DNA of 64,000 bases from the human T2T-CHM13v2.0 reference genome, Homo sapiens. A program made the position numbers and the translations under genes. The DNA lies in the NCBI RefSeq assembly GCF_009914755.1, contig NC_060936.1. One strand, given 5' to 3'. Below, one piece after another: positions 16,670-33,534 of the stretch (its first letter is position 1; the number at the start of each line of letters is the position of its first letter). The notes under the pieces were generated by a model. That model saw only the letters and a program-made list of their open reading frames with translations, searched no databases and was not told where the DNA came from.

Positions 16670-17183
16670 TGATTTTGATCCCTTTGTCTGAAGAAATTGT
16701 TTTAATGATTTTTGTGGTCATTTAAGGCATAGCTGTGTCAGGCAGTGAACATATCTACCCAGTGGTGGCACAGGTTAAGTGTTAGTGAGTGGAGGAAAAC
16801 AGATTGGTTGAAAATGGACTGGGAAAGATTAGTGTTGTGCCTTTTGATGCTTTCCCCAGCCCAGCTCCCTAATGGTAGAGTGATTTCACTGACAAAAGTT
16901 CAGTGTAATGAGTTGAGGTAGCATTTGATGTGGCATTTTGGTTGGTAGGGAGGCAGATGTGTATTGGGAGGGGAACTCACAGGTGTTTCTGATAGGCTCT
17001 GGTAAGGGTAAGTGCCCCTACTAAAACAGCATCCTACAAAGTAGATTGGAGTAAAATGAGATTCTCAACAAGGAGCCCAGGTTGAAAAGACCATATTTTG
17101 GTATAAGGTAATCAGAACCTGGTAGTGGAAGTGGGAATAAAATAAAAAGATTATTCCCAGAGGCACTTCAAGAACCAAAAAGG

Positions 17184-17514
<331 letters not shown>

Positions 17515-18589
17515 TTAAAATAGTTAAAATAATTTAAAATTAAGAAATTGAAGATAATTAAACTTTCTATTCTGGGAAAAAGCTGGAGAAATGGAGTCTG
17601 AGAAAGAAGCTGGAAAAATGGAGTACAAAGTTCATTTATAATACAAATAATAACTAATTTTTCAGTGCTATGAATTTGTTTCGAGCTAAATGATGTTTGG
17701 AGCTTCCTAAATCCTTATTTTCAGAAACAGGGCCCTAAACGTTTTAGTAGAGAGGAATTGCTTCCTCTTTTCCTGTATTCTTGAGACTACCAGTCAGTTC
17801 TGTCAGTGACGATGAGATAAGCATACATGGGGGAGGGGCTGTTTCCTCTGGGGAGAGAATATTGACTATAAACACCCTTTATGGCTCATAGAGAATGAAT
17901 CAGAAGTACCATACAGACAACTTTTAGCTTTCCTCCCCCTGTATCTAGAATTATCCACAAGCTCTGGATTCTTATTCAGATTACTTGCGATCAATCCTGG
18001 GTACTCCGTCCTAGAAATTGCTTTTGTTTTATGCCAAGGAGAAAATGACTAGTGCCTCAGAATTTAGCATTGAGAACACGTCTGATCATCTTATCTTCCT
18101 GTAGTCCAAATTAACAAACTTTTAATAATCACTTGGTATGTGTCAGGCACTATGGCAGACCTAGTGAATATTACTATAGCTAATGTGCGGTTAGCTATAC
18201 TGCACATTAACTGGACACAGTTTCGAGTTTAGTAGCAAGATTGATTAGAAAGGAAGTAAAGTGGAAGCTGATGGGATGAGAGATAGTCAATAGTGATAGA
18301 GACTGGATGAGACATATTGAAAGGGCCTGGCACTAGAAGATACGTCACATATCCTGCTCCTCTTTCCTTACTTAGATACTCAGTGTTCTTCATGTAAGTG
18401 ACTACACATAGTATGCACTCTGTAAATGTTTGCTGAATGAAAGAATAAGTGAATGAATGAGGACTGATTAGACTACCCCAAGACAACCTAAAGTTCTCCA
18501 AAGGAAACAAATATGTACTTTACCCATTATAGTGTGGAAATCTAAAATGAGAATTTCAGAAGTATAAGAATTAATTAAAAGATTGTGAA

Positions 18590-18709
18590 GTCGAGCATGG
18601 TGGCTCACGCCTGTAATCCCAGCACTTTCGGAGGCCAAGGCAGGTAGGTTGCTTGTGCCCAGGAGTTTTGAGACCAGCCTGGGCAACATGGCAAAACCCT
18701 GTCTCTACT

Positions 18710-18749
<40 letters not shown>

Positions 18750-18752
18750 ACA
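18590..18752 (+). repeat. Alu left arm ending in a (CA)n microsatellite (about 18712-18752)
   Basis: Seen directly. Confidence 0.88.
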
Positions 18753-19127
18753 CGAAAAAGATTGCCAAGGCCCAGTCTAGTATTTAGTCCCCAACAGTTT
18801 TCCTAGGGATGTGCTTTGAGAAACCATATTTGTTCTTAATGATGGCAGTTGCAACTGTTTAGGACTATATCCTACAAAAAATCCTGCTTCCCTTTAACTA
18901 TTTAAAGGATTTTTACCATGATATTAGCCCTTTTATATTATTTCTTAGAATGACCAAATTCTTACATTTATTACTTGTTATTCAAAGTATATTACCTACT
19001 TAATCTGTTTTTTATTAAATTGCTTTTAGTTACTAAAGTATGAGTGTGGGTGTGTGTATATGTGTGTGATTACCATGGTGAAGTTTAAGGGAAGAGACTT
19101 GAAGGATGTGTTGATCTGCACATATGG

Positions 19128-19158
<31 letters not shown>
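19128..19158. repeat. (TA)n microsatellite
   Basis: Seen directly. Confidence 0.9.
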
Positions 19159-19159
<1 letters not shown>

Positions 19160-20815
19160 GGATCTCTATTATTTGTATACACTTTGACTTAGTGAATAAT
19201 AGATGACTGTGTAGGTGAATAAAGGGAAAATAGTACGTTTCCACCTGGATCCCGATAATCTCACAGGCATGATGTAGTCTACACAAGTTTGGAAAATAAT
19301 GACCATGAGGTCAGTGGGTATATTGCAAAATTGTATTATTTTCCCTGCTTGCTCCTCTGTTAGGATTCTCCTAGTTTTAGACTGAGTTTGAGGCCTGTCT
19401 CAGCTTAAGAAAAATCACTCTGTTGGGTGATGCATAGATTTGGCAGTGTCTTAACCCTTGCTGAACTGAGGGAAAAACAGTGAAACTGAACTGTACTTAA
19501 ATTCTTCTCTTTTCATATGTGTGAAAATGGTCATTGGCTCTTTGATCTTTCATCTTCCTCTAGAAAGAATATATATCAATTTGTGTATTTTGCATGACCA
19601 GGGTGAGGGGAATCACATAGGATTATGAAGCAGTTAAATGGCCTTAAGAAAAGGATCATGCGATTCTGGAGTGAGAGAGGAGGGTGATGGCTCTAAGTGG
19701 TGAATCTGAGGAAAGTATAAAGAGGGCTCCAAAGCAGGAACAGTACAGAGGTCCTGACAGAGAGCCATGAAATGTCTTTAGCCATGAAATGTGCTTGAAC
19801 CCCAAGCTCAAAGAGAAAAGGATTTTCCTGCTTGCTCTAGGGAAGTTCAACCTTGGATAAATGGGGGAAAATGTAAGGCTAAACTCAAGATCTGGACTGG
19901 CCACGAGGGAGAGGCTTGCTCATTAGAGTGATTGGAAGGAAGTGAGAGGGTCTGAAAGACAATCTTAAAGGAAGGTTAATAAGAAGAACATATAAATATG
20001 ATGTTTGCCTGAAATGTAAGCATGTGTTTTGAACCTCTAAGATTCCCTCCCAACTACAGCTGTGCTTTGTAATTTTGTGTGTGATGTAGGTCATGAAAGA
20101 GTGAGAGTGGGATGCTGTGGTACATCAGTAGAGAAGAAGAAATAAATGCCTTTACTCCTCTAGAGAGGGTCTGTGAAGGAACAGCCTGCCCTGGTCATCT
20201 AGGTAGAATTGCAGAAAGTAACCCAGGGCAGCAGGGGCAGAAACCAACCAGGAAGTCTACTTTAGCCTCGCTCTGCAACTCCTGCTTTCCCCACTCCCCT
20301 CCCCCACGTTGTCCTAGCTACAAAATAATTCTGAAAAGTTAACTGTATTACTTTGATATTCTTAATAAAAATCTCATAGGTGGAATATAGTGTTCAGTCT
20401 CTCTCTCCTGCTTTGATTAGTTTAAAATTATTAGGCCTTGGAGAAGCCCTTATGAGTTTCACTTTCTATTTCGTCTTTAAAAGATGATTTTGCTTTTGAT
20501 ACTATTATGGCTTTTATCTTCTGATGTGTGACTATTTTTGCCCCTACTGTATCCTCATGAAAGGTTTATTTATAATATGAAAGAAAATATCCATTTCTGA
20601 ATTCCAAAAGGTGTAATTTGAAAGAAATGTTGAGCAGTTAATTGATTCATTTTAACTTTTTAGAAAAGTCAAAAGTCCTCATACAGATTCCCTGTGCCTA
20701 AAAGATGCATGATGTTCTGTAAGAAAATAAGTTGCAATAGCGAGTTCTAATGCTACCTTTTAATCTCTTTTACAATATTATGAATAAATAAAACATTTCT
20801 CTCTCTTTTTTAAAG

Positions 20816-20956
20816 AAAACTGGTGATTTATTTGCTATCAAAGTATTTAATAACATAAGCTTCCTTCGTCCAGTGGATGTTCAAATGAGAGAATTTGAAG
20901 TGTTGAAAAAACTCAATCACAAAAATATTGTCAAATTATTTGCTATTGAAGAGGAG
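20816..20956 (+). CDS. TBK1: TBK1 exon 3 (catalytic Lys38, FAIK)
   Basis: AAG acceptor, GAG|GTAAGT, 141 nt. Confidence 0.97.
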
Positions 20957-21167
20957 GTAAGTAGTAAAACTTCAATCTTATATTTATTGTAGTTACGAGT
21001 CAAGAAATAGAACCTAATATTAAAAAATGGATTTTTTAAAAAACTGTTGAAAATTAGGGTTTGTACAACCAAATACTTTATCCTAAAGGATTCTTGAATA
21101 TATAGAACAATAGAAATAAAATATCATAAAAATGGAATCAGAAACAGTAGTGTAAGAAATAAAAGGG

Positions 21168-21722
<555 letters not shown>

Positions 21723-22199
21723 AAGGAAATAAAAGGGTATTGAATATGGTTACCAGTATTATTACTAGAAAAAGAAAGGTAACAAGTTAAATCTAATAAT
21801 TATAAAGAGAAAAAATAATTATAAAAAGAAAAAATCGAACTTTAAAAAAATAAAAATTTTGTATTTCATGAATAAAAATTTCAAGAGTCCTACAGTTTAA
21901 GATATGAAGTCCAATTATAAAAGAATTGATTTTTTTAAGGGGAAATAGTGGAATTAAGAATGTCATTAGGAAAAGTAATCTAGAAATAATGGAAATAGAA
22001 ATTATTTTAATCCCTTTAAACATGAGCAATCAATAAAATCTTTGGGAAAAAATGTAGTTTATACTCTTTATCCGAGTGATTTTATTTTTAGTGATTATTT
22101 CTTAGGAAGTAATCAGAAATATAATTTTATGCATGAAGATGTTAATTGGCATCCTGTTTATAATAAAGAATGGTTAAATAAGTTGAATAAATTAGAATG

Positions 22200-22922
22200 T
22201 GTGGCAGATAGTTACCTGGAATTAGCCAAACTCAAGATTAAGAGCATAGCCTTCCACACTGCCAAGTCTGCTCAAGACTTTTGATACCAATTGCAAAGGA
22301 GTTTGGCAAACTGCACAGAGAGAACAGTTCCCACAAGATTACCCTCACATCATCCCAGCCGGCTACAAATGTGGGGGTTGCCCATGACACTCAGGTTTGG
22401 TAATTTGCTGGAATGTAGAAATGACTCACAAAACTGAGGAGAGTGCTATACTTATAATTACAGTTTTATTGTAGCAAAAAGATAGAAATTAGAACCAGCC
22501 AGAGGAAGAGACACAAAGCGTGGAATGTGGGAGGGTTCCAATCTTGAAGCTTCTTTGTCCTGAGGGACACATTACTCTCTCAGCATTGATGTATGACAGT
22601 ATGCATGAAGTATTGCCAGTCAGGGAAGCTCACCCAAGCCTTTGGTGTCCAGGGTTTTTACTGAGGCTGGATCATTTATTGCCTGTATTGCTGACCTTTA
22701 GTCCCCAGCTCCTTCCAGAAGTTTGGGGTAATTCCTTTAGTCTCCATTAAGCCCCCATCCTAAATCATGCTGTTAGACTCTCCAGTGGCCAAAGCCCCCA
22801 GAGGAACAAAGACAGAAGTCTTGTTCTTTCAGATAGGACATTTTAGGGGCCAGAGATCACTGTCCAGTAGCCAAGGGCAAAGCCTGACTTCTCTTTGGGT
22901 AAAGTTAATTTTTTACCACACA
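22200..22922. mobile_element. Old LTR, MER21/MER77-like
   Basis: Resembles recalled MER21-group text (tacctggaattagc, aggtttggtaatttgctggaat, acagttttatt). Confidence 0.6.
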
Positions 22923-23721
22923 ATAGTTAAGTGGTAATGAAAAGAGATATTTACCAAAATTTTAATCTTCTTGGAACACCTTATATATGATGTTATGTGA
23001 GAAGAATCAGGATTAAAAATATATATGTAGTATGATCTTAACATATACAGTGTAATATGCAAACAGCATTATGTATCTATGACATTATTTCATCCATAGA
23101 AAAAAGACTGAAAGAAAATACGCCAAAATATTAATTCATTATCTCCAGGTAATGGAATTATGTATACTTCCCAAATTTTCAACAATCAACATACATTATC
23201 ATTTAAAAGCAACAGTTTTTTTTTTCTACTATGATTATTTCTCTCTCTTTTTTGAAATGACTGCCAGAGAGTAATTTAAAATATTTTATAAAAGTGTTTT
23301 GGAGATATGTAGAAAAAAATTAGAAAAGAAACAAAGGATAAAAAGTTGGAGATGAATAGTAGATTTTAAGACTCATTCAGATTTTCAGATTCTGAAATTG
23401 TCATGCATCTTATAATCATTGTGTATATATAATTTGATGGTATTTCTTTTTCCCCGTAATGCTGTTATTAAATTGATGAAGCATTATAATCAATGGTACA
23501 TTAAAATTAAGGTTTAAAACAAATCAGCATCTCAGATGCAAATGAGCAGACTGGAGCTTTGCTGCAAGAGGGACCACTCAGCTGTTCTGCTACCCATTTA
23601 TTTTTAAGGATAGGACTCCATTCCTTGAAGTAACAGTAGTCATCATAAGAAAAATTTCATTTTAAGAGGTTAGAAGAGCTGTTGTCCTAAATGTACTGTT
23701 ATACATAAGAAATTCAGCACT

Positions 23722-24789
<1,068 letters not shown>

Positions 24790-24911
24790 GGAAGATATTA
24801 ATTCTTATATGTGTATGTTCAACAGATACTGAATCTCAGGTGAAGCAAAGTGCCTTCATCATTGTAGCAAATCCTACATTTAAATGAAATCAGATAAGTA
24901 CTGGCATATAA

Positions 24912-25127
<216 letters not shown>

Positions 25128-25184
25128 TAAAATTTAATAACAGAATTTTTAAAAAATATCTTCCATTCAAAACTGAAGACCTTT

Positions 25185-26575
25185 ATGCAATGCTTCATTA
25201 GATATGACACCAAAAGCACAAATACCAGAAATACATAAATTGGATTTCATCAGCATTAAACATTTTTGGGCCTCAGAGGACATCAGGTAAGTGAAAAGAC
25301 AGCCCATAGAATGAGAAAAAAATGTTTGTAAATCATACACCTGACAAGGGATTTTTATCCAGACAACTCAACAATAAAAAGCCAAATAACCCAATTTAAA
25401 AATGGGCAAAGGATTCGCATAGACATTTCTCCAAAGAAGATACACAAGTGGCTAACAAGTACATAAAAAAAAGCTCAACATTAATTAATTAATAACCGAC
25501 ATCATTGGTTATTAGGGAAATGCTCATCAAAACCACAATGAAATACCACTTTATACCAATGAAAATGACTAATATCAAAAAGACAAACAGGGCCAACCAT
25601 GGTGGCTCACGCCTGTAATCCCAGCACTTTAGGAAGTGGAGGCCGGCAGATTGCTTGAGTCCAGGAGTTCAAGATCAGCCTGAGCAACACAGTGAGCCCC
25701 TGTCTCTACAAAAAATAAAATAAAAAATAGCCAAGCATGGTGGCATGCACTTGTAGTCCCAGCTACTCAGGAGGCTGTGGTGGGAGGATCACTTGAGCCC
25801 AGGAGATTGAGGCTGCTGTGAGCCTTGATTGTGCCACTGCACTTCAGCCTGGGCAACAAAGCAAGACTATCTCAAAAAAAAAAAAAAAAAAAAAAACAAG
25901 TGTTGGCAAGAATATGGAGAATTGGAACCCTGATACATTGCTGGTAGGATTATAAAATGATACAGCCATTCTAGAAAACAGTCTAGAGTTCCTCAAAAAG
26001 TTAAATATAGAATTATTTAACTTTTGACCAAATGACCCAGCAGTTCCACTGCTACGTATATACCCCAAAGAATTAACATATCCATATAAAAACTTGTACT
26101 CCAGTGTACTTAGCAGCATTATTCATAATAGCAAAAAAAAAAAAAAGATGAAAACAGCCCAAATGTCCATCAACTGATGAACAGATAAACAAAAATGTGG
26201 TGTGTCTATACAATGGAATATTGTTTGTTTACAAAAAGATATGAAGTAGTTATATATGCTACAACATGGATGAACTTGAAAACATTATGCTAAGTGAAAG
26301 AAGCCAGACACAAAGGCTGCAATATTATATGATTCCATTTATATGAAATGTCAAGAATAGGCAAATCCATAGAGACAGAAAACAGATTAGTGGTTTCTGG
26401 GGGATCAGGAGAAGATGGAGTTGGGTATGAGTTGTCTTTTTGGTGTGACAAAAGTATTCTGAAATCAGTGGTGATGGTTGTATAACTCTGTGACCATACT
26501 AAAAATGACTGAATTGTACACTTTAAAAAGATGAATGTTATGTTTGAATTATATCTCAGTGAACCTATTTTTTAA
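25185..26575 (+). mobile_element. L1M 3' region interrupted by an Alu (25590-25895)
   Basis: agacatttctccaaagaaga, aaatgtccatcaactgatgaa, aacattatgctaagtgaaagaagccagacac. Confidence 0.88.
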
Positions 26576-27508
26576 AAAAAATACTGCAATCAAAGGAAAT
26601 AACATCTTAAGAGAAATGAATCAAATATTTGAGGAATGGGAAAAAGTCAAGTGATAAGGTAAAAGGTTGGTGGGAATTCTTGAACTTGTCACTGGAAGCA
26701 GAGTGATTATTTAGGTGAGGATACAATGAGAGAGAAACAATATTACTAGTATGCTACAGCCTGTTTAATCAAATAGAAATTATAGATATGATGTCTTCCT
26801 AAGTGTATTGGTAGTCCTGAGTTTTAATAATTATACATTGATACCCCTAAACCTTTTACATATTTTGAATTTGAACATTCATCTATCAGCCCTCAAGCAA
26901 ATGTATAAAGTTATCACTCAGTGACACTGTCAGTTAGACAAAATAGCTTAATTTCAGCAAAGTAGACAACTTTGCCCTTAAGAAAAAAGAAGAAAAAATG
27001 GGCTTTTTGGAATAGTGCCAAGCATATGAGAATACATTTTTACAGAAACAAGTTTGACACTTTGCTGTTTTTCTGTTTCTTTTTTGCTGTTTTACATATT
27101 GAGTTCAGTTTACTTTTAGGGAATTTTTTTTCCCAAGATAAAGAAATGTAAAACTCTGGTGAAAGATTGATATCTTTTTTGGGAATCTTTATTATTTTTA
27201 TGTTTAAACAGATCACCCACATATATATAACCAAAGTAATTCAAGAAATCATATGCTTAAGACTGTTTTGTTACATTTTCCTGGTAGTACTTAAGAGACA
27301 CTGGATTTTTCCTTAGACCACATTAATTTTTATCATTCTAAAACTTCTTATAACTAAAACATAACATCTTTTATATATATATATTTATTATCTATTCTTT
27401 GAGTAAAATTACTTTGAACCAAATTATGGAAAAATTTATATTAAGTTTGGGTGACTATATCAATGAATTTGAGACATGCACACATACACGTAAATATCTA
27501 CATTATGA

Positions 27509-27754
<246 letters not shown>

Positions 27755-28545
27755 TGATATATTGTAATTATAATTGGGTAATTGGTCAGCCAATTCACTA
27801 TAAAATGTCATTTTTATGACAAAAATTAAATTTTCTATTCTAATGAATATGTGCAACATGGGAATTAGGTACTCGCTTCCAAGGGTGCTGTTATTTTTCT
27901 ATTAAAAATTCTTGGAAGTTTTGTAGCACCCTTAAATTCTTTAGTTTTACTGATGCTATGGATCTAAATTAAAAGGGTCTGTTTTTTGATGAGCAGTCAG
28001 CATATTACAAGCTTGTTATAATACTGTTTTTTATATATTCATTATATTTATGAAACAGATAATTCTATTTGGGGGAGTTGGTTATTGAATGACGAAAAGG
28101 ACCATTGTTAGAAACACACACACACAAAATGCCCCTGAGAAGATCTAACTTGAAATTTTAGAAAGCTAGAAAAGCTCTGTAGTTGAAAAAGTTTATGTAG
28201 GTGTGTTTTTGTAAAGTCAGTAAATACTTGAAATACTTAAGAAAATATACTTAAAAGTAAATACTTTTAACATGTAATCAGGAAGTTTAATATATATAGC
28301 TCACTGATTATTCATGGCTTTGGGTTTTGTCTTAAAAGTCATAGAATCAATGACTTTTTTGCATTTGGATTGTGCTGTTGTAATTTTATAAGATGAAAGA
28401 TATCTACCACACCCTGTAGCTTTATTCAGATTATTCTAAGTCTGGCATGAACTAAATGTCTTAAATTGTTATCCTAACAATTGGTAACCTCAAATTGATC
28501 TGTAGATATATGTGATGATCTTTTAGATAAGAGTACCTAAGAATG

Positions 28546-29140
28546 GGTCAGACACAGTGGCTCATGCCTATAATTCCAACACTTTGGGAGGCTGAGGATT
28601 GCTTGAGCCCAGGAGTTCAAGACCAGTCTGGGCACAATGACAAGACCCCATCTCTGCAAAAAATTACAAAATTAGCCAGGCATGGTGGCGCACATCTGTA
28701 CACCCAGCTACTCAGGAGGCTGAGGCAGAAGGATCCCTTGAGCCCAGGAATTTGAGGCAACAGTAAGCTATGATTGCACCACTGCAATCTGGCCTGGGCT
28801 ATAAAGCAAGACTCTGTCTCTTAATTTTTTAAAAAAAGGTACCTGGCCCAGGCATGGTGGCTCATGCCTGTAATCCCAGCACTTTGGGAGGCCGAGGTGG
28901 GCAGATCACAAGTTCAGGAGTTTGAGACCAGCCTGAGCAACATGGTGAAACCCCATCTCTACTAAAAATACAAAAATTAGCTGGGTGTGGTGGCGTGTGC
29001 CTGTAATCTCAGCTACTTTGGGAGGTTGAGGCAGAATTGTCTGAACCTGGGAGGTGGAGGTTTCAGTGAGCCGAGATCGTGCCACTGCACTCCAGCCTGG
29101 GTGACAGAGCGAGACTCCGTCTCAGAAAAAAAAAAAAAAA
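28546..29140 (+). mobile_element. Two tandem Alus
   Basis: Alu consensus. Confidence 0.9.
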
Positions 29141-29157
29141 GTACCTAAAAATGGATT

Positions 29158-29455
29158 TTATTCATTCATTGCACAAATATTTATGAAGTGCCTACTATAT
29201 ACCAGATACTGTTCTAGGTGCTCAGACTTCTATGGTGAACTACATACACAGTATTCCTGCTCTTATGGAGCCCACGTTCTGGTAGGGAAAAAAGACAATT
29301 AACAAGTAAGTAAAGTAAATTCAGATCATTAAAGTTTAGCAAAGACAATAAATTAAGGTAATAAGATAAAGAGTGACTAGCAGGAGAAACATAGCCTGGG
29401 AAAGCCTCCTTTGAGGACTAAATGAACTGACACTGAAATGATAAAAAGAAGCAAG
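29158..29455 (-). mobile_element. L2 3' fragment; further pieces at about 30635-30800 and 33690-34000
   Basis: attcattcatt..caaatatttatgaagtgcctactatataccag. Confidence 0.7.
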
Positions 29456-29589
29456 CCAGGCACAGCGTTCTGACTGCTGTTCTGTGCCGTTCCCTGGCCC
29501 TGTGAAAGCTACCTCCCCCTGCAGAAAAGAAACTCAACCACCAGTCCTCATACTCCTCGGCAGTTCCCTCCATCTCTGCTTGCTGAGAA

Positions 29590-29647
29590 CCTACTGCATC
29601 AGTCTAGCCTACTGCATCAGTCTGAACCCTACTGCATCAGTCTAGCC
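29590..29647. repeat. Three direct copies of CCTACTGCATCAGTCT
   Basis: 29590-29605, 29608-29623, 29628-29643. Confidence 0.92.
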
Positions 29648-30804
29648 TCCTCTCCCCTACAACCTGTGTTGTTGAGGGCCCAGGATGCCTATGGGGTCCT
29701 CTGGCTGTCTGAGTTGTGACGTATGAGCTGCTTTGTGATACAGTGAACTCCCTGTCATTGTGGATCTGGAGAATGTGTCATAGAACCTAGATAGCAGAGG
29801 GAAGTACAGTTGTAATGAATTCACCTTCAAGCTTCCTGAGACTCTTGGCTGGAACAGAGGCAGGACTCAGACGTTTCTGGCGAGTGGAATCAGGCTTCAT
29901 ATCCTGAATTCTCCACGTGAATGTAAGCTCCACAAAACCAGGGACTTTCATCTTAGCCTACCAAGAACACCAAGCAGAATTAGACAAGAAGAAATCACCC
30001 CCTTCCTGCTCCTTTCTCCGTCCTACATGACATTTGTGCTTTTACTATTATCCTTTTGTCTCTTCCTGGGCCTCAACATGTGACTGAGTCAACACACATC
30101 TTCATTCTCATTTCTCTGTTGGTGGTCTTCTCAGTTATATTTGGCTAGACCATGCTTTCTGCTTCTAGAAGCAACACTGCTGAATTCACACCAGAGCTTT
30201 GGTACAAGGCAACTTCCTGATTCCTTCACTTTCCCCAGTTCAGACATTCCCCTTGTCTTTTCTCTTAGAGCAGTGAGCCTCCAATAAATAGCTCAAGGCC
30301 ATGTTCTTCCAGACTGCCTCCTTTCCAGTAGCAAGCTCAAGCGCGTGTCCTTCAAATTCAATGATTAGATAAGATAACTTGTTCAAAAATTCAATTTCTC
30401 TCTTTCTCTTTCTCTCACCCAGTACTTTTTTTTTTTCCCCAACCCCACTTTCTGTAAGAACAGCCTATTTCTAAAAGCTAGTTCACCAGGCCCAGCTCCT
30501 TGTCTCTGGAGCCCACACCTGTCATAGCCAAAGCCACAGTAGATGAATGCTCAGGACACTACTGTTCCCAGGAGGGCACTGCTTGCCAAGGTTTACTGCT
30601 CTAAGAATGTTCTTGGGCTTCAGTCTGGTTCCATCAGGCCCAGAGAAAACAGCAGCTGTAAAGGCCTGGAGACAAGAATGACCTCAGGAGTTGGAGAAAC
30701 AGAAAAGATGGCAGTTTTACTGGAATTTAGTGAGTAAAGAGGCAAGTGGAAGGACTTAGAATTAAAGAAGTGATCAGGGGGCTAGCCAGATCAGACAGGC
30801 TAGT

Positions 30805-31230
30805 AGTTTAAACCCTGTCAGACCAATACCCCCTTGTTATAATAAATATTTTGTAGTGTTCCCTTCAGTATCTTGAAATGAAATTCCTAGATAATATTAT
30901 AAACCTGCACACCTAATTAAAATAGCATATCTTAATAATGTAAAGGAACATATTTTATAATAAAATAATAGATATTTAATATGTAAAAATTTAGAAACAG
31001 CTTCATGAGCAAACAAGTAGTGATATATGCTTGCAGCTATATGTAATACTACTTTGAATACAAGTGCAGTGATAACTCATGTTGTATTAGTGAATCACAT
31101 CACAAATGGTAGTATTGTTATTGACATGATTTTCCAAAGTAGTGAACAATTTTTGGTAAAGTTTCTAACTAAAAGTAAATTTAAATATAGTTACATTCTT
31201 GGAAAAGCTGTACAAAAATACTTTGTTATA
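30805..31230. mobile_element. hAT-Charlie DNA transposon relic
   Basis: Resembles recalled Charlie1 terminal region. Confidence 0.5.
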
Positions 31231-31798
31231 TATAAAATGGAGTTCGAAATAGATTTCTCACTTGCACAAGTATCTGGCAGAATATTCCAAAGTCATTCAG
31301 GCTATATATAGGAGGATCATTTTTCAGAACTGTCACATACACTGCAGTATGTCCTTCAGTGTCTGGTCTCCGCCTTTTCCAATCATGATAATCACTGTAA
31401 CAAGCAAACAGCAGTCCTGTACCAGCCTTCATGAGGTTGCTCCCCCAATACCAACTATTAATCTTTCATGTAACCTCCTGGGAACACAGTTTAGCTTTTG
31501 CCTCTAAGACTTTTAACAGGAAGAGCAAAACATTAAATAAATTAATTCCAAGTCTGTGCTGTACTCTAGGCTGAAATTTAACCCCATTCTATTTATTTCC
31601 TATTTCAGAATGGGAAATATTCAAATACAGTGCACCAGAATGAGATAAATAATAGTCTAAGGCTCAGCAGCCTAGCTATATTCTACATTTAACTGGAAAC
31701 TTCCCTCGTTTTGAAGCTCCCAGGAACTACAACCCATATGTTAAATTCTCTCTCTTTTGTATGTTAAAGTCCAAAGAAAACATTCTTCTACTGTTTTT

Positions 31799-32328
<530 letters not shown>

Positions 32329-33296
32329 TAATCCTGAAAACCTTGGAGTAGCTTTATCCTTATGCTCTTCTTCCAGATGCAATAGCCCAGGCCCAGTAAC
32401 ACCAAGCCAGTAACACATCAGGACAGAGCCAGTGGGCACAAATGTATCAGACCAGCATGTGTCAAGCCACCCCAAGTTAATCACTCCCAGGGAATAGCTT
32501 CCAGCTGTACCAATTAGGCAGTATATTATTGCACCGTGTGAGGAGGTCCGTCTTTGTCTCCTTCTGGAATCACTGTGTCCCCTCTTCCCAGGAGGCTTTA
32601 TATTCCAGAAGGCATCAGACATATCCAGGTACTTTTGGCCTCTTCATGACACCATTTACACACTAAGTACCAGCTGCTAGGTCAAAGGTTTGGCAATCAC
32701 TTCTTTGGACAATAATCACTTTATGTGCTGTGCTACAGAACCAGCAAAGCCACTGAGATCCCATATATCTAGTAGGCATATGTTTGGACACTCACGTCAA
32801 TACCCAGTTCTTATACTTGTCTGCATTGTGATTTCTCATTAAAATGTATTTCTCAAAAGAGTCTTTTTCCCACCCCCATCTCCAGCACCCCCCCACCACC
32901 CCGACCCTCAGAAATCAGAGATTGTGATCCTTTGGGAGTGAGAGTCACAGATTGCATCATTTAGAAGCCCCTCCCAGCAGCATTTCCTACACTGGTTCCC
33001 AGTTCCCTGGGCCATAGCTAAATCCTACAATGTCATAAGGAATTGTTTTGGTTTGGGATCATTTAGGTGGTAACTCTACTTTGGTCCATACGTACACTTT
33101 TCAAGATTTATCTTCCAAAAATCTTCAAGTTGCAAGTGTATAACTTTCATGAAGGCAGATGGCAGGAGGCCATGCTGTGTGTGACCACTGGTTATTCTCT
33201 GCAGAACAAAATGTCCATCAGAATATCTGTTAGGTTTTGTGAGCTCCTAAACAATTTCTTAGAAGCTCCATCTGTTCTCAGTGACTATGGTATAGT

Positions 33297-33534
33297 GCAG
33301 AGTGTCCAATCTTTTGGCTTCCCTGGGCTACACTGGAAGAATTGTCTTGGGCCACATATAAAATATGATAGATTATCTTGGGCCACACATAAAATAATGA
33401 TAGCTGATGAGCTATTTTAAAAAAATCACAAAAAACCTCAATGTTTTAAGAAAGTTTATGAATTTGTGTTGGGCCACATTCAAAGCTGTCCTGGGCTACA
33501 TGTGGCCCACAGGCTGCAGGTTGGACAAGCTTGG
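33297..33534 (+). mobile_element. MER30 (hAT) element with small internal duplication
   Basis: gtgtccaatcttttggcttccctggg...ttggacaagcttg. Confidence 0.88.

Noticed and set aside
29590-29647. CRISPR-like reading of the triple repeat
   Set aside because: Eukaryotic context, 2-4 nt spacers, no cas genes
31262-31510. Minus-strand exon-like segment (acceptor-like tract, CAA|GTGAGA donor)
   Set aside because: Stops in the frames I read, no partner exons or recognisable protein; splice-like motifs occur by chance
32340-32410. Cytokine-receptor-like transmembrane string [17 protein letters not shown]
   Set aside because: Stop codon just upstream, no box1 motif, too short to assign
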